Shown piece by piece: positions 15,269 to 23,844 of a DNA stretch of 50,356 bases; position 1 is the stretch's first letter; the number at the start of each line of letters is the position of its first letter. Source of the DNA: Candidatus Micrarchaeota archaeon (GTDB taxonomy: Archaea > Micrarchaeota > Micrarchaeia > Micrarchaeales > CABMGC01). The DNA is taken from positions 1 to 50,356 of the forward strand of contig CAYQOG010000002.1 in assembly GCA_964419095.1 (NCBI GenBank). The letters run 5' to 3'. The notes below the pieces were generated by a model that saw nothing but the letters and a program-made list of their open reading frames with translations, was not told the origin of the DNA and ran no database searches. The translations under genes and the position numbers were made by a program.

Positions 15269-15884
15269 GGGCATTCCATTCCTCTACGAACGCCTTCGCG
15301 GCATCGGCAGGGACTGCGGCCCCAAGAATTGCAGTGATGACCGCTATGCCGTCCGCGCCTTCCTCCTTTAGCTTCTTCAGGTGCTCAAGCTTCAATCCTC
15401 CTATTGCGAATACAGGTATCTTCACGCTCTTCCTCACCCTGCTAAAACCTTCAATGCCTATGAGCATGGTCTTTACCTTGGTTGATGTGGGGAATATTGT
15501 TCCGACACCAAGGTAGTCCGCGCCATTTATCTCGGCTTCTGCAGCCTGGTCGGGAGTCTTCGCAGAAATGCCTATTATCTTGCCTGGCAGCAGCCTCCTG
15601 GCAATCCCTATCGGCGCATCATCCTGCCCCAGATGCACTCCGTCTGCGTCTACTGCCGCTGCGACATCTATCCTGTCATCTACGATGAAAGTTGCGCTAT
15701 GCTTCGCGCACAAGGCCTTTATCCGCACTGCCTCCTCTATCATGGTCCGCGTAGCCGCATGCTTCTCCCTGTACTGCAGGATCTTCACGCCTCCTTCAAG
15801 GAAAGCCCGCGCGCTCTCCTCATGCGTCATGCCGAAATCTGCCGAGGTTATGCCGTAAATCCCTGCAAGCCTCGTTTTCATCAA
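15261..15884 (-). CDS. thiE: thiamine-phosphate synthase
   Basis: 207 aa with GIYGITS, ILQYREK, FIVDDRIDVA..ADGVHLGQDD, GADYLGVGTIFPTSTK and PVFAIGG. Confidence 0.9.
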   Translation of the reverse strand: MMKTRLAGIYGITSADFGMTHEESARAFLEGGVKILQYREKHAATRTMIEEAVRIKALCAKHSATFIVDDRIDVAAAVDADGVHLGQDDAPIGIARRLLPGKIIGISAKTPDQAAEAEINGADYLGVGTIFPTSTKVKTMLIGIEGFSRVRKSVKIPVFAIGGLKLEHLKKLKEEGADGIAVITAILGAAVPADAAKAFVEEWNALK

Positions 15885-15885
15885 T

Positions 15886-16839
15886 TCACCTGCCTCTTAT
15901 GAAATGCTCATAGCCTTTCTTGACTATCCGCGTCCTTCTCCCATCCTTGACCAGGGTATTTCCCTTCCTTGTGGCTCTTCCGATCGCACTTATCCCGATG
16001 CCAGTCTTTCTTACCGCCCTCTCTGTACTCAGATAATCCCTCTCATCGATTGTAAACATCAGTTCGTATTCCCCCCCGAAATTTAGCGCAAGCTCTTCCA
16101 AGGATATCCCCAAGTCGCGGTGCGCCATCACTGCATTCCTGTCAAAAGGGATTGCAGAATAATCGATCTCAAACCCGCACCCGTTTATCTTTGCAAGCTG
16201 TGCTATCGCCGCGTATACTCCATCTGAAAGGTCAATTGCAGAAGTCGCTCCGTTGCGAGACAAAGCCCTGCCAGCGTTTATCCTCGGTTCTATCTCTAAG
16301 AGCGTCTCTGCCCAGCGTCTCCCTCCATGCCTCTTCCACATGTGGTAGGCAGCGGCATTCTTTCCCAGAGTGCCAGTGACGCAGAGAAGGTCCCCAACCT
16401 CTGCGCCCTGTCTTCTAAGGATCCTATCCCTCTCCACTTCGCCAACAGCGACGCCTACAAGAGCCGTATCGCCTTCCTTCAGGTCCCCGCCGACCATCAT
16501 CGCACCGTACTTCTCAAGGCACTTGCCGATTCCCTTCTCCAGGCCTTTCAGATAACTTAGCCCCGTATTCCTCGGCAGCAGCATGGAGCTCATAAAATAT
16601 CTCGGAATGCCGCCCATCGCCGCTATGTCGCTCAGGTTTGCAGCCGCAAAGAAATATCCTATCTTTTCCGGCCTGGCTTCCTTTGGAAAATGGGTCTTCG
16701 AATAGAGCGCATCCGTTTTAATCAGCATGTACTTCCCGCCGGACTCGAAATAATAGCAATCGTCGTCAGGCCAGGAGTATCTGTAAATGTTCCTTATCTC
16801 CTCTATCGCCTTCCTCTCGCCGAGGTCCTTCAGCTCCAT
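15886..16839 (-). CDS. thiL: thiamine-monophosphate kinase
   Basis: 317 aa of AIR-synthase-like fold. LGERKAIEEI.., the AANLSDIAAMGG, GGDL and GGEYELMFT pattern. It sits immediately upstream of thiE (1-nt gap). Confidence 0.88.
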   Translation of the reverse strand: MELKDLGERKAIEEIRNIYRYSWPDDDCYYFESGGKYMLIKTDALYSKTHFPKEARPEKIGYFFAAANLSDIAAMGGIPRYFMSSMLLPRNTGLSYLKGLEKGIGKCLEKYGAMMVGGDLKEGDTALVGVAVGEVERDRILRRQGAEVGDLLCVTGTLGKNAAAYHMWKRHGGRRWAETLLEIEPRINAGRALSRNGATSAIDLSDGVYAAIAQLAKINGCGFEIDYSAIPFDRNAVMAHRDLGISLEELALNFGGEYELMFTIDERDYLSTERAVRKTGIGISAIGRATRKGNTLVKDGRRTRIVKKGYEHFIRGR

Positions 16840-16855
16840 GCGTAATATTACGCAT
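16838..16855. promoter_or_regulatory. perfect 18-bp palindrome ATGCGTAATATTACGCAT overlapping the thiL start codon and predicted TSS
   Basis: The sequence equals its own reverse complement. A TATA box (TATATAAG on the minus strand, 16860-16867) lies just upstream, which places the TSS at about the ATG (16839). Confidence 0.45.
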
Positions 16856-16899
16856 TCTGCTTATATACGCTTATAGGCGCGCTAATAAGACAAGATTGT

Positions 16900-16920
16900 A
16901 AAAAGAAAAAAATAAAAAAA
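16900..16920 (-). terminator. oligo-T tract downstream of the small minus-strand ORF
   Basis: The minus strand reads TTTTTTTATTTTTTTCTTTTT starting 13 nt after the stop at 16933-16935. Oligo-T runs act as archaeal terminators. Confidence 0.5.
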
Positions 16921-16932
16921 GAAGGAGTCGGA

Positions 16933-17076
16933 TCAGTTGTTCTTCTCCATCTCCTTTATCCTTTCTGAAACTCCCTTCACTTCCTTCTCAAGGTTCCCCT
17001 TGTACTCCTTAAGGAGTTCAAGCCTCTCTTCCTTGGTAAGGAAGCTCCTCATTCCGCTGCCATATCCTTCGCACAT
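16933..17076 (-). CDS. small protein, 47 aa (below the ORF-track cutoff), DUF5320-like C-terminal coiled coil
   Basis: Hand translation gives MCEGYGSGMRSFLTKEERLELLKEYKGNLEKEVKGVSERIKEMEKNN. It is preceded by GAGGTG 5 nt upstream of the ATG and followed by an oligo-T tract. Confidence 0.55.
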   Translation of the reverse strand: MCEGYGSGMRSFLTKEERLELLKEYKGNLEKEVKGVSERIKEMEKNN

Positions 17077-17125
17077 GTTTACACCTCTATATGATGTCCT
17101 ATATGAGGGCTCAGATATTTAAATA

Positions 17126-17175
17126 TATAAGATAACCTATACGAATTGAGGTAGAACGTATAAGATATCCTATAC
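17126..17175 (+). repeat. 17-nt direct repeat (16/17 identical) in a divergent promoter region
   Basis: TATAAGATAACCTATAC (17126-17142) and TATAAGATATCCTATAC (17159-17175) have starts 33 nt apart. Confidence 0.6.
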
Positions 17176-17204
17176 ATTTATATAGTTGAGAATGCCATGC
17201 AGGT

Positions 17205-17828
17205 ATGCAAAAGAGTGGAATCATGGACTGGACAAAACTTGCCGACGAAAAATCGCTGCAGAAGGCAGTGAGCGCGCTTAACGCCAATGGAATTGACGCG
17301 ACTGTAGTGGAGACCGGAAAGGACGCGCGCGAGAAGCTCCTCAGCATGCTTCCGGAAGGATCGGAGGTAATGACAGTCACCTCTGCAACCATTGACCAGA
17401 TAGGAGCCGCAAAGGAGATAGACGAGAGCGGAAAGTACGTCTCCATTCGCAAGAAACTTGCCTCTGAAAATGATCCTGCCAAGCGCAACGATATCAGGAG
17501 AAAGCTGTCAGCATCGGATTATGCGGTCGGAAGCGTTCATGCGGTTACGGAGAAGGGAGAGCTGATAATCGCGTCGGCCACCGGAAGCCAGCTCGCGTCG
17601 TACGCGTATACCGCTTCGAAGATCATCCTGGTTGTGGGGACGCAGAAGATAGTCAAGGACCTCGACCAAGGATTCAAGAGGATATACGAGCACACGCTGC
17701 CATTGGAGACCGAGCGCATGAAGAAGGCGTATGGAATGGGAAGCTGGGTCAGCAAGATACTCGTATTCGAGAAGGAGAGGCCAGGCAGGATCACAGTCAT
17801 CTTCGTCAAGGAAAAACTGGGCTTCTGA
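17205..17828 (+). CDS. LUD-domain (LutC/YkgG-like, DUF162) protein
   Basis: 207 aa. ..AVGSVHAVTEKGELIIASATGSQL.., KIILVVGTQKIV.DLD.. and ..RITVIFVKE fit the lactate-utilisation LUD domain. Confidence 0.75.
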   Translation: MQKSGIMDWTKLADEKSLQKAVSALNANGIDATVVETGKDAREKLLSMLPEGSEVMTVTSATIDQIGAAKEIDESGKYVSIRKKLASENDPAKRNDIRRKLSASDYAVGSVHAVTEKGELIIASATGSQLASYAYTASKIILVVGTQKIVKDLDQGFKRIYEHTLPLETERMKKAYGMGSWVSKILVFEKERPGRITVIFVKEKLGF

Positions 17829-17908
17829 CCGAACCAAGCAAGCAAATATATCTGCGTTGGAGCGAATAGATTCTGTACGGCGGCCGATTCAATTAATAGG
17901 AGAGTTAG

Positions 17909-19312
17909 ATGGAAGAGCAGAAATTCGACAGGAAATACGTCAACAGGGCAATGATCCTATTTTCCGCTTTCGCCATACTGGTCCTCTACATAGAAACCAT
18001 GCTTATACCCTCTCTTCCAGGCATAGCGAAGCAGTACCAGATCGATCCTGCAGAAGTCAGCCTGCTTGTTTCCCTGTACCTTGTATCGGGAGTGGCGCTG
18101 AGCCCCATAATCGGAAAGCTTGGCGACATATACGGAAAGAAGCGCGTGCTTACCTGCCTCCTACCAATCTACGTAATAGCAGTCGGGCTTACGGGTTTCC
18201 TGCCAAGCTTCAATCTTATACTTATATCAAGGACCATCCAAGGGGCCGGGCTTACGATCTTTGCCCTGATGATAAGCCTCATACAGGAGGAATTCCCGCG
18301 CGAAATGGTGCCGCGGGCCATGGCGATCATAGTCGCCATGTTCGGCGTCGGTTCTGCCATAGGCCTGCCTATAGGCTCGTTCATCTCCAACCTCTACGGA
18401 TGGCAAGCGAGCTATCATACTGCATTGCCTGCAGTGCTCATAGTCGCTGCTGCGATAATATACTACATACGCGAGTCCAGGTACACGCGACCTGACGTCA
18501 AGGTCGACTATGCAGGAGCGCTTGGCCTTGCAGCATCGCTTGCGATGATAGTATTCGCGCTTTCCGAGGGCACCGCATACGGATGGACTTCCCTGCCGAT
18601 ACTCTCACTCATAATCGGAGGGCTTCTCATACTTGCAGGAGTCGTAATCTATGAGAGGAGGATTGCAGAACCGATACTCAGCGCAAAGCTGATGGCGATA
18701 AAGAATGTCATGAGCGCAAACCTGATAACGCTCATAGCGGGAATGAGCTTCTTCTTCGCATACCAGATATTCGCATATCTTTTCGAATCGCCCAGCCCGC
18801 TTGGTTACGGCCTCAGCATATTCTACACGGGGCTCGCAATGGCACCGTTTGCAGTAGTGAACGTCATTGTCGCGCCGGTGCTCGGGAGATACATACCCAG
18901 GATAGGGGTAAAACCATTCTTCCTTGCAGGCGCAGTTATAGGCATAATAGGATTCATAATATCCGCGTTCACATCCAGCCTAATGATTGCAATATTGGGC
19001 GAGGCGATAATAGGCGCGGGAGTCGCACTGATCAATGTCCCTACGATAAATCTGCTGGTATTGAGCATAGACAAGAGGGACACGGGCCTTGCAACCTCCA
19101 TGAATTCGGTCTTCAGGTTCCTCGGCAGCGCTCTTGGAGCCCCGATAGCCGGCCTGCTCATCGCGCAATACCATTCGTTCACGGCTTTCCAGTACTCGTT
19201 CTACCTGGGGATAATAACCCTTACCATAGCTGCGATAATCTCCACTTATGCTGACGAGATCTTCGGAAAGAACAGGAAGGTAACGCAGGTGGAAAGGGAA
19301 GTCAGCATATGA
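17909..19312 (+). CDS. MFS transporter (drug:H+ antiporter-like, about 14 TM)
   Basis: 467 aa and highly hydrophobic. It has the MFS motif A-like GKLGDIYGKKRV and repeated TM segments throughout. Confidence 0.88.
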   Translation: MEEQKFDRKYVNRAMILFSAFAILVLYIETMLIPSLPGIAKQYQIDPAEVSLLVSLYLVSGVALSPIIGKLGDIYGKKRVLTCLLPIYVIAVGLTGFLPSFNLILISRTIQGAGLTIFALMISLIQEEFPREMVPRAMAIIVAMFGVGSAIGLPIGSFISNLYGWQASYHTALPAVLIVAAAIIYYIRESRYTRPDVKVDYAGALGLAASLAMIVFALSEGTAYGWTSLPILSLIIGGLLILAGVVIYERRIAEPILSAKLMAIKNVMSANLITLIAGMSFFFAYQIFAYLFESPSPLGYGLSIFYTGLAMAPFAVVNVIVAPVLGRYIPRIGVKPFFLAGAVIGIIGFIISAFTSSLMIAILGEAIIGAGVALINVPTINLLVLSIDKRDTGLATSMNSVFRFLGSALGAPIAGLLIAQYHSFTAFQYSFYLGIITLTIAAIISTYADEIFGKNRKVTQVEREVSI

Positions 19313-19367
19313 TCCGACCGACTCATTCTTGCATAGTTCTATTAATGTCATCTTCCAATCCTGGATC

Positions 19368-20168
19368 ATGGAAGCAAAGGAGCTACTCAACCTGCGCGGA
19401 AAGACTGCAATAGTCACTGGAGGCGCTGCGGGAATAGGGTACGGCATATCATGCAGGCTTGCTGAGGCAGGGGCAAACGTGGTGATTGCAAACAGAACCG
19501 AAAGCGAAGGGCAAAAGGCAGCAGAGGAAATCAAAAAGAAGGGGTGGACGGCCGTTGCAATAACTACTGACGTTTCATCCGAGGAGAGCGTAAAGAAGAT
19601 GATTGCGGAGACGACAAAGACTTATGGGGGCATTGACATACTCTTCAACAATGCGGGCATTTATCCTGAAATACCTCTTGCCAAGATGTCGCTTGACGAC
19701 TTCCAGAAAGTGATATCGATCAACCTTTTCGGAACATTCCTCTGCACAAAGTATGCATCGGAGCAGATGATAAAGCAGAACAGGGGCGGAAAGATAATCA
19801 ATGTGACATCGATAGACGCGCTGCATCCCTCCTCGGTGGGGCTTGCGCATTATGACGCGTCAAAGCACGGGGTATGGGGCTTTACGAAGAACATAGCGAT
19901 AGAACTTGCACCATACAAGATCTGGGTTAACGCGATAGCCCCTGGGGGGATACTTACTCCAGGAGTGCAGAAGTTGCAGCAATCCATGCCCGCCCCTTCA
20001 GGGGTGGATATGCAAAAGATGCTTGAAGCCTTCATGGCAAAGATTCCGATGGGAAGGCTCGGCGATGTTGACGAGATAGGCAAGGTCGCGCTCTTTCTTG
20101 CATCGGACATGTCCTCATACATGACCGGATCGCAGATTGTCGTGGATGGAGGAGCACTGCTAATGTGA
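19368..20168 (+). CDS. short-chain dehydrogenase/reductase (classical SDR)
   Basis: GKTAIVTGGAAGIGYG (TGxxxGxG), NNAG and YDASKHGV (Y-x-x-x-K). The ATG at 19368 is preferred over the longer ORF. Confidence 0.9.
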   Translation: MEAKELLNLRGKTAIVTGGAAGIGYGISCRLAEAGANVVIANRTESEGQKAAEEIKKKGWTAVAITTDVSSEESVKKMIAETTKTYGGIDILFNNAGIYPEIPLAKMSLDDFQKVISINLFGTFLCTKYASEQMIKQNRGGKIINVTSIDALHPSSVGLAHYDASKHGVWGFTKNIAIELAPYKIWVNAIAPGGILTPGVQKLQQSMPAPSGVDMQKMLEAFMAKIPMGRLGDVDEIGKVALFLASDMSSYMTGSQIVVDGGALLM

Positions 20169-20215
20169 AATCCAGACATAACCAAACCCTCACTTTTAAG
20201 CCGACAAAAGCATGA

Positions 20216-20289
20216 CGGGGAGCCCGTGATTTGAACACGGGTCACCACCTCCCGAAGGTGGTAGCCTGACCAAGCTAGCAGAGCTCCCC
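20216..20289 (-). tRNA. tRNA-Pro(CGG)
   Basis: The reverse complement reads GGGGAGC-TC-TGCT-AGCTTGGTCA-GGCT-A-CCACC-TTCGGGA-GGTGG-TGAC-CCGTG-TTCAAAT-CACGG-GCTCCCC-G. Anticodon is CGG with G37. The D stem has one T.T mismatch. No CCA is encoded. Confidence 0.78.
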
Positions 20290-20306
20290 AGTAAGTGTAA
20301 AGCGGC

Positions 20307-21401
20307 TTAAAGCACAGTTGCGCCCTTCTTTGTCACCATTATATCGTCTTCAATCCTTGCGCCGCCGAACCCGGGAATGTATATTCCTGGTTCCACTGAG
20401 CTCACCATTCCCTCCTTCAGCACAAGTTTAGAACCAGGGGAGAGGAATCTTCCTGAGCCGTCATGAACCTCTATGCCTACTGAATGGCCGAGCGCGTGCA
20501 TGAATGTGCCCTTGTACTTTCCATTGTCCGCCTTGTCTATGTAATCCCTGGCAATGATGTGCGGCCTGTCGCCCTTTACGCCTTCCTTTATCGAACCTAT
20601 TGCCGCTCTCTGCGCCTCCTTAACTATCCCTATTATCCTTGCCTTTTTGTCATAGTCGCTTATCTTTGCCTTGTCGGTTCCAAATATCATGGTTCTGGTT
20701 ACATCCGAGCAGTAATTCCTTACCTTGACTCCTACGTCTATCAAGACTATGTCACCATACCTGAGTTTTGTCTCATCAGGCCCATGGTGCGGCAGCGCGG
20801 CATTCTTCCCGAAGCAGACTATCGAATCGAAGGATATGCTGTCGGCTCCCATTTCAAGTATCAAGTTTCCGAACTGCCTTGCAACATCCTTTTCAGTTAC
20901 TCCAACCTTCAGATTTTTCTGAACTTGTAGGATTGCCCTCTTTGTTATTGCATTTGCCTTCCTTATGCGCGCTATCTCCTCATCGTCCTTCACTTCGCGC
21001 GTCCTCTCAAAAGCGTCTGAGACGTCAACCAGCGTCCCCGCCTTGAGCCTCTTGGTTATGCGCATGTAGCTGTTGTAGGGAAGGAAATTCCCGTTTATGC
21101 CAACGCTCTTCCCCTTTACTTCTTTTATCAGCATGTTTATCTTGTCCTTTCCGTCAAGATTAACGATCCTTATTCCATTGTGCAGCTGCTCCCTTGCAAG
21201 TTCATATTCCAGGGGAGATGTGAAAAGGGTTACCCCTCTCTTCGTTATGAGCAGGAAATTTCCTTCAAAGAGGCCTCCAAGCAGGTCGGTCATGTATACG
21301 AAGTTGGGATCCTCGGAACCTGTGTTGGCAAGAAGTACCCTTTCCACTTTCGCAGCTCCAAGGACCTTTGCAATCCTTCTCTTCAATGCGGCATTGTTCA
21401 T
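20307..21401 (-). CDS. M24-family Xaa-Pro aminopeptidase/dipeptidase
   Basis: 364 aa with DVTRT, HALGHSVGIEVHD and EPGIYIPGFGGARIEDD metal-ligand motifs. Confidence 0.9.
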   Translation of the reverse strand: MNNAALKRRIAKVLGAAKVERVLLANTGSEDPNFVYMTDLLGGLFEGNFLLITKRGVTLFTSPLEYELAREQLHNGIRIVNLDGKDKINMLIKEVKGKSVGINGNFLPYNSYMRITKRLKAGTLVDVSDAFERTREVKDDEEIARIRKANAITKRAILQVQKNLKVGVTEKDVARQFGNLILEMGADSISFDSIVCFGKNAALPHHGPDETKLRYGDIVLIDVGVKVRNYCSDVTRTMIFGTDKAKISDYDKKARIIGIVKEAQRAAIGSIKEGVKGDRPHIIARDYIDKADNGKYKGTFMHALGHSVGIEVHDGSGRFLSPGSKLVLKEGMVSSVEPGIYIPGFGGARIEDDIMVTKKGATVL

Positions 21402-21850
21402 CTAACGTACCTGCTTATCCTCTTTAGAATCCTCTCTTCATCAATAAAAATGTTGGTATAGCGGATGTGCCTCCGTATCTCGCTGATGCTGGACCACCTG
21501 TAAGCCGCATTTTCAAAGTCCATGTTTACCTCGGAGGAATCTGACCTGAAAATGAACATCATATTGTGCCATTTTATCTTTTTCTTCGGGTCAAAGATCG
21601 ATACGCGAAATCCTTCTTCCAGCAATGTAAGCGCTTCCTTCCCAAACCCTACCTCTTCCTTGATCTCCCTGTACGCGGTCTCTAGGTATCTCTCGTTCTT
21701 CTCTCTGTGCCCGAAAAGGAAGCTCCATGCTCCCGCGTTCTTGAGAAATGGCAGATTCCTCCTCTTAAGCAGCAGCACCTTCTTCCTGCTTATTATTACT
21801 GCAGCTGCGCCGTTTGCAGTTATAAGCTTGTACTTCCTGGCCTCTTCCAT
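21398..21850 (-). CDS. NUDIX hydrolase
   Basis: The Nudix box is GHREKNERYLETAYREIKEEVGF (G-x5-E-x7-REUxEExGU). Its stop overlaps the start of the M24 peptidase gene (ATGA). Confidence 0.8.
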   Translation of the reverse strand: MEEARKYKLITANGAAAVIISRKKVLLLKRRNLPFLKNAGAWSFLFGHREKNERYLETAYREIKEEVGFGKEALTLLEEGFRVSIFDPKKKIKWHNMMFIFRSDSSEVNMDFENAAYRWSSISEIRRHIRYTNIFIDEERILKRISRYVR

Positions 21851-21930
21851 CTATTCATCTTTTAATTGCAGTAAGAGTTTTGGCGAACAGGTTTATAATG
21901 TTTAAGCGGGAACAATGATGGGATGAGACC

Positions 21931-23148
21931 GTGCCTGCAGAAACAATCTCAGTAAAGCGCACCAACGCGGTCTACCAGAACATGCAGAATCCCTACATGC
22001 TCAAGTCCTATTACAATTTCAAGACACTGGAAAAGCTCCAGAGCAACGAGGTCTACGGCTCATCGCCTCCTGACATCTTCGTGGGAAGGTATGGATACCC
22101 TAATGTCTATGTCGGCCCTCTTGTCCCGCCGCAATGGGGTGACACCTCGATAATGAGCTCCCCGGAACGCTGGGTCGGCATGTCGATACCGCAGATTGTT
22201 GAAATGAGATCCATGCTCATAAGGGGCATGTACCGCACAAGGGTGACCAAAGCTGACAATGGAAGGATAGAGGAGATGCTCAAGGAGCTCGCCCTGGCCG
22301 ACAACTACGGGGGAGTAGAGGAGAAGTTCTCGCATAGGCCGAAATTGGGAGTGAGCCTTGATGAGAACAGCCAGCCCTACGGGCCGAGCGCGAAGATGGT
22401 GGACATGAACCTTGGCAATGTCAAGGCAAACAAGCAGATAGAGAAGGCGTACCATGACACGGCGATGCCCGCAAAGGACGCGATAATAGAGCTCTACGGG
22501 AAAGGCGTCTTCGTATCGAAAATACAGAAGTCGCTATCAGCAGGAATACTCGGCATGTCAAAGAACAGGAAGTTCGTCCCGACCAGATGGAGCATAACTG
22601 CCGTAGATGATACGCTGGGCAAGCACAGGCTCAAGGAGGTCAAGCAGTATGAGGCAATCGATTCTGTGAAAGTGTTCTACAGCACAGCGCTGGACAACAG
22701 GTGGGCGGTGGTCATGTTGCCGGGCTCATGGGAATACGAACTGGTAGAGGCGTGGTATCCTAACACCACGTGGAATCAGGAGAGCCCCGACATAGCTATC
22801 TATTCTTCCTATGAGCCTTTCGAGGGAAGGACGAAGTACGCTGAGATAGGCGGCTGCTACTATGCAGCAAGGCTTGCATCATCAGAGCTTCTCGAAAAGA
22901 TAAAAGGCCAGGCAAAAGTGGTCATTCTCAGGGAGGCGCATCCCGGGTACATAATGCCTGTAGGAGTATGGAACGTGAGGGAGCATGTAAGGGCAACGCT
23001 GAAAACCGAACCGATAAACTTCGATAATCTTCATCAAGCATTGATGTTCGTGTCAGGGAAGATGGACATACCTGTAAGATCCTGGATAAAGAACAGCACC
23101 CTTCTCAGGAAGGCGCTGTATCAGAAATCGCTTGCATCCTCTGGTTAA
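21931..23148 (+). CDS. Nre-family (DUF650/DUF651) archaeal DNA-repair-associated protein
   Basis: 405 aa. GSSPPDIFVGRYGYPNVYVGPLVPP is the hallmark Nre N-domain motif. GTG start. Confidence 0.78.
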   Translation: MPAETISVKRTNAVYQNMQNPYMLKSYYNFKTLEKLQSNEVYGSSPPDIFVGRYGYPNVYVGPLVPPQWGDTSIMSSPERWVGMSIPQIVEMRSMLIRGMYRTRVTKADNGRIEEMLKELALADNYGGVEEKFSHRPKLGVSLDENSQPYGPSAKMVDMNLGNVKANKQIEKAYHDTAMPAKDAIIELYGKGVFVSKIQKSLSAGILGMSKNRKFVPTRWSITAVDDTLGKHRLKEVKQYEAIDSVKVFYSTALDNRWAVVMLPGSWEYELVEAWYPNTTWNQESPDIAIYSSYEPFEGRTKYAEIGGCYYAARLASSELLEKIKGQAKVVILREAHPGYIMPVGVWNVREHVRATLKTEPINFDNLHQALMFVSGKMDIPVRSWIKNSTLLRKALYQKSLASSG

Positions 23149-23586
23149 TTATGATTTGAATGGGTTTGTAACCTTTATCCCAGGTACTCCGCCAAAATCC
23201 CTCTCGTTCTCTGTGATGATCTCTGTTATTCCGTTCTCCTTCATCGTTTCGACTATGACGGAATCCCAAAAGCGGATTCCGTAGGCTCTGCATGTGGATA
23301 GGGCATTTTTTACCGTGTCGGGACCATAGCTTATTTTTGTCCAGTGCTTGGAGTCGGTTAGGTCTTTTACTGTGAGTTCAGCCCCTGCTATACCTATATC
23401 CACTTTATTGACCATGATATTTGAGAATTCGCCAAGGACCTGGTTGGATATCACCCCCGCTATCTCAGTGTCGAACACGCCTTGGACCAGATCTAGACAG
23501 ACTCTGCGCTTTTCGGACTGGTTGTCCTCATATGCATATACAAGTATGTTCGTATCGAAGAAGATTTTATCTCTCATGAGCTTCAT
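23149..23586 (-). CDS. vapC: PIN-domain toxin (VapC family)
   Basis: 145 aa. IFFDTNILVYAYED at the N-terminus carries the first PIN acidic residue, with later acidic residues present. It overlaps the upstream antitoxin by 20 nt. Confidence 0.85.
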   Translation of the reverse strand: MKLMRDKIFFDTNILVYAYEDNQSEKRRVCLDLVQGVFDTEIAGVISNQVLGEFSNIMVNKVDIGIAGAELTVKDLTDSKHWTKISYGPDTVKNALSTCRAYGIRFWDSVIVETMKENGITEIITENERDFGGVPGIKVTNPFKS

Positions 23587-23815
23587 CCCTGTTGAATTTC
23601 CAGTGTTTCTTGAACTTAAAGCCTTTGCGCAGTCGCGCTATGGCCTCCTTCCGTATGCGCTCCTGCTCCTCGTCGTGAGACATAACTGCTATCATGTCCT
23701 TGTATGCCTTGCTCAGGGCACCCTTCCTCTTACCGTACTTGGACTCGGCATACTTCCTGAAGAGCCTTTCGCTCTCCTCGTCCACGCTTATAGTTATGGT
23801 CTTTGACATGTTCAT
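23567..23815 (-). CDS. vapB: antitoxin (VapB-like, ribbon-helix-helix type)
   Basis: 82 aa. The MSKTITISVDEESERLFRKYA beta-strand/helix start is typical of RHH antitoxins. GGAGGTG lies 7 nt upstream of the ATG, and a TATA (CATTTAAATAT on the minus strand) lies upstream. Confidence 0.7.
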   Translation of the reverse strand: MNMSKTITISVDEESERLFRKYAESKYGKRKGALSKAYKDMIAVMSHDEEQERIRKEAIARLRKGFKFKKHWKFNRDEAHER

Positions 23816-23844
23816 GTATTTACACCTCCATATATTTAAATGTT

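Noticed and set aside
16840-16932. TPP riboswitch upstream of thiL.
   Set aside because: The conserved CUGAGA and ACCUGAUCUGGAUAAUGCCAGCG-like cores are absent on the relevant strand. The predicted transcript is leaderless.
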